Notes: generated by a model not told the origin, from the letters alone. DNA of 20,000 nucleotides from an uncultured Methanospirillum sp. (GCA_964637135.1 CAZWTX010000010.1:59772-79771), one strand, 5' to 3'. Numbered from the stretch's first letter, positions 7,431 to 16,033 are shown. Numbers and translations are program-made.

Positions 7431-8093
7431 ATGAATGAACCGCTGAAGATTCTCTATGTCGATGACGAGGCCCTTCTCAAGATGGCCTTTGTAGAAACGC
7501 TCAAACAGCAGGGATTCTATGCCCGGGGGGCACTGAGCGGCCAGGAAGCACTAGACTTGGCTGCAGTGGACACCCCGGACATCATCATTCTTGATGTCAT
7601 GATGAAACCGATGGATGGGTGGGAGACCCTTTCTCGGCTTAAATCCATGGATAACGGAAGAAATGTTCCGGTTATCATGCAGACCGGTAAAAGCCTGACC
7701 ATCAAGGATGTCCTGAAATATGGTGATCTCATCGAGGATTACTTGGTAAAGCCGGTCAGGCTTCCCGAGCTCATCAGAGCCATCAATGCTGTCGGAGAAC
7801 GCCGTTCGATGATCGAAGGTGAAACGGCCACTGCCCGGGAGAAGAGCCCGGGTTTAGATCTCATCGATGAGTATGCAGCGCTCAGGAGGAAAGTCCTGAT
7901 TGGAGAACGGCTTATCGAGGTTCTCGGACGGATATATCCTTTCAGAAAAGATGGTTCCATCGAGACCGACATAGAAATGCCGGAATTAAACGAAGTGGTA
8001 AACCGGTTTACCACCGACAAAGCACGACTGGCAGAAGTAAAAGAGGCTCTGTTCGGGCCCTCTCCCGGTGAACCGGCAATTCAATCTTCCTGA
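7431..8093 (+). CDS. Response regulator: receiver domain plus C-terminal helical domain (paralog of 3563-4192)
   Basis: ILYVDDE, ILDVMMKPMDGWETL, MQTGK and DYLVKP. Start is ATG 7431, or GTG 7389 overlapping the SPFH stop. Confidence 0.88.
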   Translation: MNEPLKILYVDDEALLKMAFVETLKQQGFYARGALSGQEALDLAAVDTPDIIILDVMMKPMDGWETLSRLKSMDNGRNVPVIMQTGKSLTIKDVLKYGDLIEDYLVKPVRLPELIRAINAVGERRSMIEGETATAREKSPGLDLIDEYAALRRKVLIGERLIEVLGRIYPFRKDGSIETDIEMPELNEVVNRFTTDKARLAEVKEALFGPSPGEPAIQSS

Positions 8094-9577
8094 ACCCGTT
8101 TTTCAAGAGCCTCGAGGATTGTCCTGAGGACCGCTATCCGGGCATAATACTTACTGTTTGCCGGAATAATCGTCCACGGCGCTTCAGGAGTACTGGTACG
8201 CCGGATCATTGCGTTCACCGCTCCTTCATACTCATCCCATTTTTCACGGTTTCGCCAGTCCTCTTCTGTGATCTTCCACCGTTTATTCGGATTATTCTGC
8301 CGTTCCTCGAACCGTCTCAGTTGTTCATCTGCGTCAATATGCAGCCAGAACTTGAAGATGACCACGCCTTCCCTGACCATTTGTTCCTCCATTGCATTGA
8401 TCTCATGGTAGGCACGCTGCCATTCATCTTCCCTGCAGAACTTTTCGATACGTTCCACGAGCACCCTGCCGTACCAGCTCCGGTCAAAGATCGTGATATG
8501 ACCTTTCCGGGGATACTTCTGGTAAAATCTCCAGAGATAGTGATGTTGTTTTTCATAGTCATTCGGAGACCCGACCGGTTCGACAACATATCCGCGGGGA
8601 TTGAGGGGATTGGAGAGCCGGATAATACACCCTCCCTTTCCTGCCGCATCCCACCCTTCAAATCCAATAACAACCGGGATCCCCTGGCGGTAGACGGCAT
8701 ACTGAACCTGTTTGAGCCGTTCCTGGAGATCATCAATCACCATCTGGTAATCATCCTTCGCAATACCAAGGGAGAGATCAACGGTATCCAGAATGGAGGT
8801 CTCTGCAAGGTCCTGCATCACTCCCCGTACTGCCGGATACGAGTGATGATCATCCTGATTTGAATCCTGCTCGTTCAGCCATGATTCCATGGCAGAATTG
8901 ACCGTCCGGAGGATCTTCGTGTATGCATACCGGATCTGTTCTGCTTCAACAATGATCCAGGGACTGTTTGGCCGATCGGTCTTCATCAGCATCTTTTCAA
9001 TGATCGGCAGGTACTGACCGTACTGGTATATCCCCTCCTTGCGACGGAGGTATTTTGTCTGGTAGGTAAAGGGATCATCCTCATGTTCAGAGAGCCGTAC
9101 CTTCTGTTCCTGCTTGCTGATATGGAGAAAAAATTTAATCACGAGATTTCCGTCTGCCGTGAGGTTCTCCTCGAAATTGATGATATCAGCAATACGCTCA
9201 GGAGGGATCTCGTCCATCTTCTGCCGGTCAAATTCCTCGATAAGAACCGTGGTGTACCAACTCCGGTCATAGATCCCAATCTGGCCGTATGACGGCATCC
9301 GTGTCCAGAAGCGCCAGAAGAGCGTGTGATCACGTTCAATATCATCCGGCTCGTCAGTGGCATACACCCTGACCCCCCGGGGATCAAATACATGGAGAAG
9401 CCGGTTTACAATCTGGGATATACCAGAACCACGCCAGCCCTCCACGACAATAATGACAGACTTTCCCCTCTTTCTGACCTCACGCTGCAGTTCACCCGCC
9501 CGTGTACCAAGCGGATCAATAATCGCATTATAATCATTCTTTGAGATCTTCACCGAGAGGTCAAAGGTCTCGAGCAT
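8081..9577 (-). CDS. Two-domain polyphosphate kinase 2 (polyphosphate:AMP phosphotransferase type)
   Basis: Two PPK2 domains. N-terminal has EGWRGSGIS and YDRSWY. C-terminal has EGWDAAGKGG, FDRSWYGRVLVER and KRWKITEEDW. Confidence 0.93.
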   Translation of the reverse strand: MLETFDLSVKISKNDYNAIIDPLGTRAGELQREVRKRGKSVIIVVEGWRGSGISQIVNRLLHVFDPRGVRVYATDEPDDIERDHTLFWRFWTRMPSYGQIGIYDRSWYTTVLIEEFDRQKMDEIPPERIADIINFEENLTADGNLVIKFFLHISKQEQKVRLSEHEDDPFTYQTKYLRRKEGIYQYGQYLPIIEKMLMKTDRPNSPWIIVEAEQIRYAYTKILRTVNSAMESWLNEQDSNQDDHHSYPAVRGVMQDLAETSILDTVDLSLGIAKDDYQMVIDDLQERLKQVQYAVYRQGIPVVIGFEGWDAAGKGGCIIRLSNPLNPRGYVVEPVGSPNDYEKQHHYLWRFYQKYPRKGHITIFDRSWYGRVLVERIEKFCREDEWQRAYHEINAMEEQMVREGVVIFKFWLHIDADEQLRRFEERQNNPNKRWKITEEDWRNREKWDEYEGAVNAMIRRTSTPEAPWTIIPANSKYYARIAVLRTILEALEKRVQED

Positions 9578-9673
9578 GATACCTCATTGCGTATTTCTTG
9601 CTGATATATCTTCGGCAGACGGTCCGTTTCGGCCACACCATAGATATCTGGAAAGAATCACTATGTATGATCC

Positions 9674-10396
9674 ATGGCTGAACCGATCCTGATGCGCGAA
9701 CTCTCACGGTACACGATGGAACGTGCCCTCCTCCTCTCCCAGGGCCATAAGGAGTTTACCGGAATCATCAGGGAGATCGGGTTTTCCTGTACCTGCTGTG
9801 GCAGATGTTGCACGACCGGATTTAACGGCCATGTATTTCTCCTTGAAGAAGACACGGAGCGGGCGGTTACCATCGACCCGGATGCCATCATCCCGGCACC
9901 GTTCTTCGATATCTGTGATAATACCGGTACATTCTATGTATCCGGGTACGCCCTCCGGGCTGACCAGGAAGGCATTTGTATCTTTCTCCGCGACGGGAGG
10001 TGCAGTATTTATGAAGACCGGTTTTCCATCTGCCGGGTGTATCCGTACATGATGCACCGGGAGGCTGATGAACGGGGAAGACTGGATTTCCGCCAGTTCA
10101 GCGGCCTTGACCTCCATGGGGAGTATCACCGGGCGCTTGATCCAGACGAGGCTGCACGAATTGCCGATGAAACCGTTGCCTACGAACAAGCATGGCTCAG
10201 TCAGATCATCTCCTTTTACGAAGCCCTGATACTTCTTTTCTCCCGGGAAGGGTTAAAACCCGTCAGAAAAATGTATGACCGACAGATCGCCCGGATGCGG
10301 AACGGTGAATCCTGTACCGTACAGGTATGGCATCAGGGATCCTTCCATCCGCACACCGTGACACGCGAGGATTATACCGGTTTTGGATGGATCTGA
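9674..10396 (+). CDS. YkgJ family (CxxCxxCC) zinc/Fe-S cluster protein
   Basis: GFSCTCCGRCC, CIFL...CSIYEDRFSICRVYPY. Confidence 0.88.
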   Translation: MAEPILMRELSRYTMERALLLSQGHKEFTGIIREIGFSCTCCGRCCTTGFNGHVFLLEEDTERAVTIDPDAIIPAPFFDICDNTGTFYVSGYALRADQEGICIFLRDGRCSIYEDRFSICRVYPYMMHREADERGRLDFRQFSGLDLHGEYHRALDPDEAARIADETVAYEQAWLSQIISFYEALILLFSREGLKPVRKMYDRQIARMRNGESCTVQVWHQGSFHPHTVTREDYTGFGWI

Positions 10397-10420
10397 TGCC
10401 GACTTGAGAAGTGTACCCGG

Positions 10421-10434
10421 CAAGATTCATATAG
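10421..10434 (+). promoter_or_regulatory. Putative BRE/TATA promoter of the ECF operon
   Basis: CAAGATTCATATAG; predicted start site about 10455-10460. Confidence 0.5.
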
Positions 10435-10458
10435 GGCAATGTACAACTTAATACATAG

Positions 10459-10567
10459 ATGGATGAAGGTGTTCATCCCCGTTGCATCATAAAGGTGATC
10501 GTCTGCAGATACGATCCTGCCTGAAGCAACAGATCACCATTCACCAGTAACGGAGAACCTGATTACC
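10459..10567 (+). ncRNA. Structured 5' leader of the ECF transporter operon (candidate riboswitch/attenuator)
   Basis: Hairpin GGATGAA-GGTG-TTCATCC (10461-10478). Second stem GTTGC/GCAAC with inner GATCGT/ACGATC. Alternative helices CCGTTGC/GTAACGG and GGTGATC/GATCACC overlap these and cover the GGAG RBS. Confidence 0.55.
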
Positions 10568-11128
10568 ATGAAGTCACAGGATATCGCCATTGTTGGCATA
10601 CTACTCGCTGTTGGAGCCATTGCACGGTTTGCAGCTAACATCATACCCGGACCGATTGTGCCGAATTTTGTTATCGTCTTCTACTGTCTTGCGATCATGC
10701 TAGTTCTTCCCCGGATCACTGAGGTTATCGGAATCGGTATCGTCGGTGGAATCGTCAGTGCCCTGATCAGCCATTCGATCTTCCCTCCGGCTAACCTGAT
10801 CAGCGAACCAATCGGGGCAATCGCCTGTATTCTTGTCTTTACCGCCATGAAGGACAGGTTTAAATTTGCTCCATCTGTCTCGACCCTGATTGCCACCTTT
10901 GCCAGCGGGATCAGTTTCCTGTTCATCGTTGTGACAATGGTGATGGTGGCGCCTGACCTCTTCTCTCAGGGGGCGCTTGACAAGGTATTCTCAAAGGGAA
11001 GTGTCCTGGCATTCTTCACCGTCATGTTTACCACCATTGTCATCCCGACCGCAGTACTGAATACCATCGTCGCTCAGATTCTCTACCTCCCGGCAGCACG
11101 GGTGCTGTCCAGAGGCAGAAAACAATGA
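10568..11128 (+). CDS. ECF transporter substrate-binding S component, TrpP-like
   Basis: About 5-6 TM helices. N-terminal AIVGILLAVGAI helix, IGIVGGIVSAL and PANLISEPIGA resemble Bacillus TrpP. Directly upstream of ECF A and T genes. Confidence 0.8.
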   Translation: MKSQDIAIVGILLAVGAIARFAANIIPGPIVPNFVIVFYCLAIMLVLPRITEVIGIGIVGGIVSALISHSIFPPANLISEPIGAIACILVFTAMKDRFKFAPSVSTLIATFASGISFLFIVVTMVMVAPDLFSQGALDKVFSKGSVLAFFTVMFTTIVIPTAVLNTIVAQILYLPAARVLSRGRKQ

Positions 11129-12564
11129 TACTGGCAACATCACTCAGATATACCTATCCCTTCGCAACCAGGCCGGCCTTATCCGATGTCACCCTCTCGA
11201 TCGGGGCCGGCGAACTGGTACTGATAACCGGACCGACCGCGGCAGGAAAGACCACGTTGTGCCTAGCCCTTGCCGGAATCCTCCAGCATGAACTGGGAGG
11301 TATCCTCACCGGCCACCTCTCTTTTAAAGATCGACCCATCGGAGACTACCGGGGAATTGCCGAACTGAATGCCCACATCAGCATGGTCTTTGATGATCCC
11401 GACGCCCAGCTCATCTTCACCAGTGTAGAAGAAGAGATCGCATCCGGTCTTGAGACACGGTGTTCACGTCAGGAGGATATTGATGACCGGATCACACGCG
11501 TCCTTGACCTATGCGGAATCTCGCATCTCAGGGAACGTCAGCCACATGCCCTCTCCGGAGGTCAGAAACAACGGGTTGCCATTGCTGCTGCCCTTGCAAT
11601 GGACACCGAGGTGCTGATCCTTGATGAACCCACATCAGAACTTGACGTGAAAGCTACCGAGCGGATCATCTCAATCCTCCGGGCACTCAAGGATGCAGGA
11701 AAAACAGTGATCGTTGTTGATCATTCCCTTGAAGGATACCGGGGGATCGCAGACAAGGTATACGAACTGAAGGATGGTGTAATCGCACGGAGCGGAACGT
11801 TTGAAGCACTCTACCCTGAATCACAGGGTACCCTGAACGCCCTGTATGATGAACCCGGCCTCACTGCATATATACCTGACCGGGAGAGAAAACCCTTGAT
11901 CTCAATCCTGGATCTCTGGAAACAATACGACAAGGTGCAGGCGCTCTGTGGTGTCAACCTGGATATATACGAGGGAGAATTCATAGCCCTTCTCGGGGAG
12001 AACGGATCCGGAAAGACCACCCTGGTGAAACATTTCAACGGGCTGCTCAGGCCTGACCGGGGAACAATACACATCGGCACCTGCGATGCCACAACCGCAC
12101 CGATCATCGAACTTGTCAGGAAAGCCGGACTCGTATTCCAAAACCCGGATACCATGCTCTTTGCCGATACGGTGCGGGAGGAGATTCTATTCGGCCTTAC
12201 TAACATCGGATCGGCTGAACCGGATACGATCATCTCCCGGGTTCTCAATCTGGTCGGTCTCTCCGGTGAGGAGGAGACATATCCGCGTCATCTCTCCAGG
12301 GGAGAGCGTCAGAGGCTTGCGGTTGCCTGTATCCTTGCGATGGAACCGGGTATAATCATCCTAGATGAACCGACCACCGGACTTGACGAGAAGGAATCTG
12401 ACCAGGTAATGAGTCTCATGAAGACCCTGCAGGCCAACGGGCATACGATCATCATGGTCACGCATAATATGCGGATAGCCGAGGAGTATGCGGACCGGAT
12501 CATTGCCATGGGAGATGGCAGGATCACCGGTGATTACCGGATAAACGGGGAGCAGGCAGCATGA
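11125..12564 (+). CDS. ECF transporter fused double ATPase (A-A')
   Basis: Two ABC domains: GPTAAGKTT/LSGGQKQR/ILDEP/VDH and GENGSGKTT/FQNPD/LSRGERQR/ILDEP/VTH. ATGA overlaps on both sides. Confidence 0.93.
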   Translation: MILATSLRYTYPFATRPALSDVTLSIGAGELVLITGPTAAGKTTLCLALAGILQHELGGILTGHLSFKDRPIGDYRGIAELNAHISMVFDDPDAQLIFTSVEEEIASGLETRCSRQEDIDDRITRVLDLCGISHLRERQPHALSGGQKQRVAIAAALAMDTEVLILDEPTSELDVKATERIISILRALKDAGKTVIVVDHSLEGYRGIADKVYELKDGVIARSGTFEALYPESQGTLNALYDEPGLTAYIPDRERKPLISILDLWKQYDKVQALCGVNLDIYEGEFIALLGENGSGKTTLVKHFNGLLRPDRGTIHIGTCDATTAPIIELVRKAGLVFQNPDTMLFADTVREEILFGLTNIGSAEPDTIISRVLNLVGLSGEEETYPRHLSRGERQRLAVACILAMEPGIIILDEPTTGLDEKESDQVMSLMKTLQANGHTIIMVTHNMRIAEEYADRIIAMGDGRITGDYRINGEQAA

Positions 12565-13346
12565 CGGAAATACTCCAGTACATCCCCGGAAAAAGTCTGC
12601 TTCACCAGATGAATCCGGTCACGAAACTGGTACTGATCATCACTCTGGTCGGTCTGAGTGTCATTACCGGAAGCATCCCCTTTCTTCTCTTCCTTATCCT
12701 TGTTCTCGCTACAGGATCTGTCTGTTCTCGGATGCACCGTGAAGTCATGGCACAGATCCCCTTTCTTCTCATCCTTGCGGTATTCCTTGTGATCCTGACC
12801 GTTCTTACGTTACAGGGAGGAACCGTCCTTCTGTACCTGATCCCACCCGGCACGGTTCTCGGGGGAGGTCTTGCGGTTACATCCGGGGGTCTGGCCCTCG
12901 GCCTCATCCTTGCCCTTCGGTTTGTCGTGATGATCACAGCATTCCAGCTCTTCATCATCACGACAAAGCCGAGCGAACTCGTCACCGGCCTCCTCGTTTT
13001 CAGAATGCCGGTTGATTATATCCTTATGCTCCTAATCGCCCTCCGGTTCATTCCAAGCCTGCAGCTTGAGGCAAAACGGATACACGAGGCACAGCTTTCA
13101 CGGGGATATAACCCGGGAACCGGTCTTGCGGGGAAGATGAAAAGTCTCAAGCCAATCATGGTACCGCTCGTTGCAAACTCTCTTGCAAAAACCCAGGTGC
13201 TTGGTCTTACTCTTGACCTGCGGGGGTACCGATCGAAAAAGACCCTCCCTCTCCATAACCTGACATTCAGATGGATAGACTATACCGGTTTCCTCGTTGC
13301 CTTACTCATAACGGTCTCATTTGCCGGATCGTTCATCCTGCTCTGA
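12561..13346 (+). CDS. ecfT: ECF transporter transmembrane T component
   Basis: SLLHQMNPVTKL, LRFIP, AQLSRG and LDLRGY (two X-R-G coupling motifs). Confidence 0.93.
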   Translation: MTEILQYIPGKSLLHQMNPVTKLVLIITLVGLSVITGSIPFLLFLILVLATGSVCSRMHREVMAQIPFLLILAVFLVILTVLTLQGGTVLLYLIPPGTVLGGGLAVTSGGLALGLILALRFVVMITAFQLFIITTKPSELVTGLLVFRMPVDYILMLLIALRFIPSLQLEAKRIHEAQLSRGYNPGTGLAGKMKSLKPIMVPLVANSLAKTQVLGLTLDLRGYRSKKTLPLHNLTFRWIDYTGFLVALLITVSFAGSFILL

Positions 13347-13356
13347 TCCTTTTTTA
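13347..13356 (+). terminator. Oligo-U terminator of the ECF operon
   Basis: TCCTTTTTTT directly after the ecfT stop. Confidence 0.5.
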
Positions 13357-13408
13357 ACCACATCACTCCGCCAGTCATAATAGGGAGAACGCTGTAATTG
13401 ACATAATT

Positions 13409-13954
13409 ATGATCTCCATACTGCTCGTCGATGATGAACCGGTCATACTTGATGTTGCAAAGGCGTTTCTGGAGAGAATCGGGGAATTCAAAGTCACCTG
13501 TGTGGAATCTGCAGAAGATGCACTCAGGCATGTAAAAGAGACGCAGTATGATGCTATCGTTTCAGATTACGAGATGCCGGTGATGAATGGTATCGAGTTC
13601 CTCCGGAAAATCCGGGGAAGTGGAATGACCATCCCATTCATCATATTTACCGGAAGAGGACGGGAGGATGTCGTCATTGAAGCCCTGAACAGCGGGGCGG
13701 ATTATTATATCCAGAAAGGGGGCGATCCACGGGCACAATTTACCGAACTTTCGTATAAAGTCAGACAGGCAGTACAGAAGCGGCTTCGCACGCATGTTGA
13801 GCCGGTGCGTGAGATCCCCGACGGGAAAATCCACCTGAAAGATGCATTTTCACTGCTCCAGACCCTGCAGTCCGGGGAGAAACTTCCCGGACAGGAAGAA
13901 TTGTTTGAAAAACTTCTCGCTAAACTGAAAGCCCTGGAACGTGATTTCCCCTGA
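13409..13954 (+). CDS. Response regulator receiver protein (archaeal FTGRG/YIQKGG type) with short C-terminal tail
   Basis: ILLVDDE, IVSDYEMPVMNG, FTGRGREDVVIEALNSGADYYIQKGG. Confidence 0.9.
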   Translation: MISILLVDDEPVILDVAKAFLERIGEFKVTCVESAEDALRHVKETQYDAIVSDYEMPVMNGIEFLRKIRGSGMTIPFIIFTGRGREDVVIEALNSGADYYIQKGGDPRAQFTELSYKVRQAVQKRLRTHVEPVREIPDGKIHLKDAFSLLQTLQSGEKLPGQEELFEKLLAKLKALERDFP

Positions 13955-14662
13955 TCAGGAACCTTTGATCAGGGTTTTTGCCATAGAAAAGGCCTCATTC
14001 GCTTCATTTATCTGGCCAAGGGCGAGGTAGATCTCCCCTTTCCGGTTCCAGAGTTCAGCATCGCCGGGTTTTATCCCGGTCATGACATCATAACACTTGA
14101 GTACTTCCATGAACCTTCCAAGTTTGGTAAGGGTATATGCCTTATGCTGCCAGAGATCCAGGCGTTTTGGATCTATCTCGATGGCAGCATCAAATGCCTG
14201 GAGGGCATCCTCGTACTGTTCAAGCCGGTTCAGGGCAAATCCCTTCAGGAGATAGGCATTTTCAACCTTATCGCCATCCACAGCATATTCAATTGCCTTG
14301 TCAGCAGCCTTGAGGGCATTATCGGGCTCACCAAGATCGATAAAGGTGGCGGATTTGCCCTGCCATGCCCCGCTCTGCCGGGGTGCCATCGAAAGGGCAC
14401 CCTCAAAGTCAGCCATTGCCGCGGTGGTATTCCCAAGATGCTGGTAGGCAACGCCACGATAGGTAAGAACACGGTAATTTGACGGATCTTTATCAAGAGA
14501 ATGGGTGTATGCATCCACCGCTTCGGTAAAGAGGTCTTCTTCAGCAAAACGGTTTCCTTGTTCCATCCAGTCAGCAGCACTCCAGGAATCAGTTCCGGTA
14601 CACCCGCTCAGGAACGGGGCTGTCAGGAGAAGGAAGAGACAACAGATGGTGATACGGATCAT
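13955..14662 (-). CDS. Tetratricopeptide-repeat lipoprotein
   Basis: Signal peptide with lipobox-like LSGC, followed by about 6 TPR motifs. Confidence 0.88.
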   Translation of the reverse strand: MIRITICCLFLLLTAPFLSGCTGTDSWSAADWMEQGNRFAEEDLFTEAVDAYTHSLDKDPSNYRVLTYRGVAYQHLGNTTAAMADFEGALSMAPRQSGAWQGKSATFIDLGEPDNALKAADKAIEYAVDGDKVENAYLLKGFALNRLEQYEDALQAFDAAIEIDPKRLDLWQHKAYTLTKLGRFMEVLKCYDVMTGIKPGDAELWNRKGEIYLALGQINEANEAFSMAKTLIKGS

Positions 14663-14740
14663 ACAACAAACCCCGGGGAATGGGCTCCCCGTAAACAGTA
14701 AGCGTTATCCGGATATACTGAAATGCCTTCCCTATGCAGG

Positions 14741-15505
14741 TCAGGAGGCGAAGGCCACCGGTGTGCGGGGGATGCGCCGGGTGATGTCCTTTTCCATCTG
14801 CTTGTACAGAAGATCAGCCTGCTGCATTGCTATTTCAGATTCTCCAATCTCTCCCAGGACTTTCAGGACCGATGCCTTGTTAATCCAGGTCTCTGCATTA
14901 TCCGGGTTGATTTCAAGAGCCTTGTCAAAGGAAGAGAGAGCAGCGGTGTAATTCTTCTCCATGACATATGCATATCCCATCGAACTCCAGCCCTTCTCAT
15001 AGGATGGATCGATCAGAAGTGCCTTGTCAAAATGGGCTATAGCGAGATCATACTGACCACGCCCGGAGAGGGCGAGTCCCCGGTAGTACCAGTATTCGGT
15101 GTTGGCTGGTTCAATGGTGATGGCCTTGTAAAAGGATCTGACAGCCTCGTCATAGTCACCCATCATGAAACTTGCCCTTCCTTTCCAGTACCAGGCAAGA
15201 GAATAATCCGGGTTGATGCGAATCGCCCCGGTAAATGAATCTGTTGCATCCTTGTACCTGACAAGTTCAAAGAGAGCAAGCCCTTTCAGATAATAGAGTT
15301 CACTTTCTTCGGGGTTCTCCAGGATCGCCTTATCGAAGGTCATCACCGCGGTTGCATAATTTCCGGCTTCGTATTCACTCATGGCCTGTTCTTTGAGGGG
15401 ATTGGAATGGATGCATCCGGCAACTGACGTACCAATCAGAATCATGGAAATCAGAAGAAGCCAGGGTGTCGGATGGCGGGTCGGGATGCCGTTACTGAGT
15501 GTCAT
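14741..15505 (-). CDS. Tetratricopeptide-repeat lipoprotein
   Basis: Signal peptide with lipobox-like VAGC, followed by about 6 TPR motifs (AWYWKGRA, YWYYRGLAL, ALEINPDNAETWINKA). Confidence 0.88.
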   Translation of the reverse strand: MTLSNGIPTRHPTPWLLLISMILIGTSVAGCIHSNPLKEQAMSEYEAGNYATAVMTFDKAILENPEESELYYLKGLALFELVRYKDATDSFTGAIRINPDYSLAWYWKGRASFMMGDYDEAVRSFYKAITIEPANTEYWYYRGLALSGRGQYDLAIAHFDKALLIDPSYEKGWSSMGYAYVMEKNYTAALSSFDKALEINPDNAETWINKASVLKVLGEIGESEIAMQQADLLYKQMEKDITRRIPRTPVAFAS

Positions 15506-15581
15506 GAAGCCTGTTGCAGATCTGGTATACAGAGTTCAGCATTCTCCAATATAGGGATGTCTGAAAATCGATGAAAAAAAG

Positions 15582-16031
15582 TTATTCGTAAAGGAACTGC
15601 TCGTCGATACGGGAATAGGAGACGAGTTCCTCAGGCCTGAAATGGATGGCGATCTCCCGCTCTGCGGTCTGGACTGAATCAGAGCCATGGATGACGTTCA
15701 TTCCAATCTCAAGCGCATAGTCACCGCGGATTGTCCCTGGAGCCGCACCGGCAGGATTCGTTGCACCAATCATATCGCGGCTGATCCGCACGATATCCCT
15801 GCCTTCGAATACCATCAGGAAACAGGGCCCTGAGGTGATATACGCCTTCAAACCGGGGAAAAATGGTTTTGAGACATGTTCAGCATAATGCTCCATGACC
15901 CGAGCCTCCGGTAACATCTCAAACCGACAGGCTACCATCTTGAATCCGCGGCGTTCGAACCGGGTGATGATCTCACCGACAAGCCCGCGCTGAACACCGT
16001 CCGGCTTGACCATCAGGAAGGTCCGTTCCAT
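15582..16031 (-). CDS. ndk: Nucleoside diphosphate kinase
   Basis: [29 protein letters not shown] and catalytic NVIHGSDS. Oligo-U run just downstream (15575-15581). Confidence 0.98.
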   Translation of the reverse strand: MERTFLMVKPDGVQRGLVGEIITRFERRGFKMVACRFEMLPEARVMEHYAEHVSKPFFPGLKAYITSGPCFLMVFEGRDIVRISRDMIGATNPAGAAPGTIRGDYALEIGMNVIHGSDSVQTAEREIAIHFRPEELVSYSRIDEQFLYE

Positions 16032-16033
16032 GA

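Noticed and set aside
10459..10567. Assignment of the ECF leader to a known class (TPP, FMN, SAM-I, cobalamin, preQ1, fluoride, T-box) or to a Trp leader peptide
   Set aside because: I could not see the consensus motifs of these classes by eye, and the uORF has no Trp codons. A covariance-model search is still needed to exclude them formally.
13950..13959. Palindrome CCTGATCAGG
   Set aside because: It is largely produced by two abutting convergent TGA stop codons.
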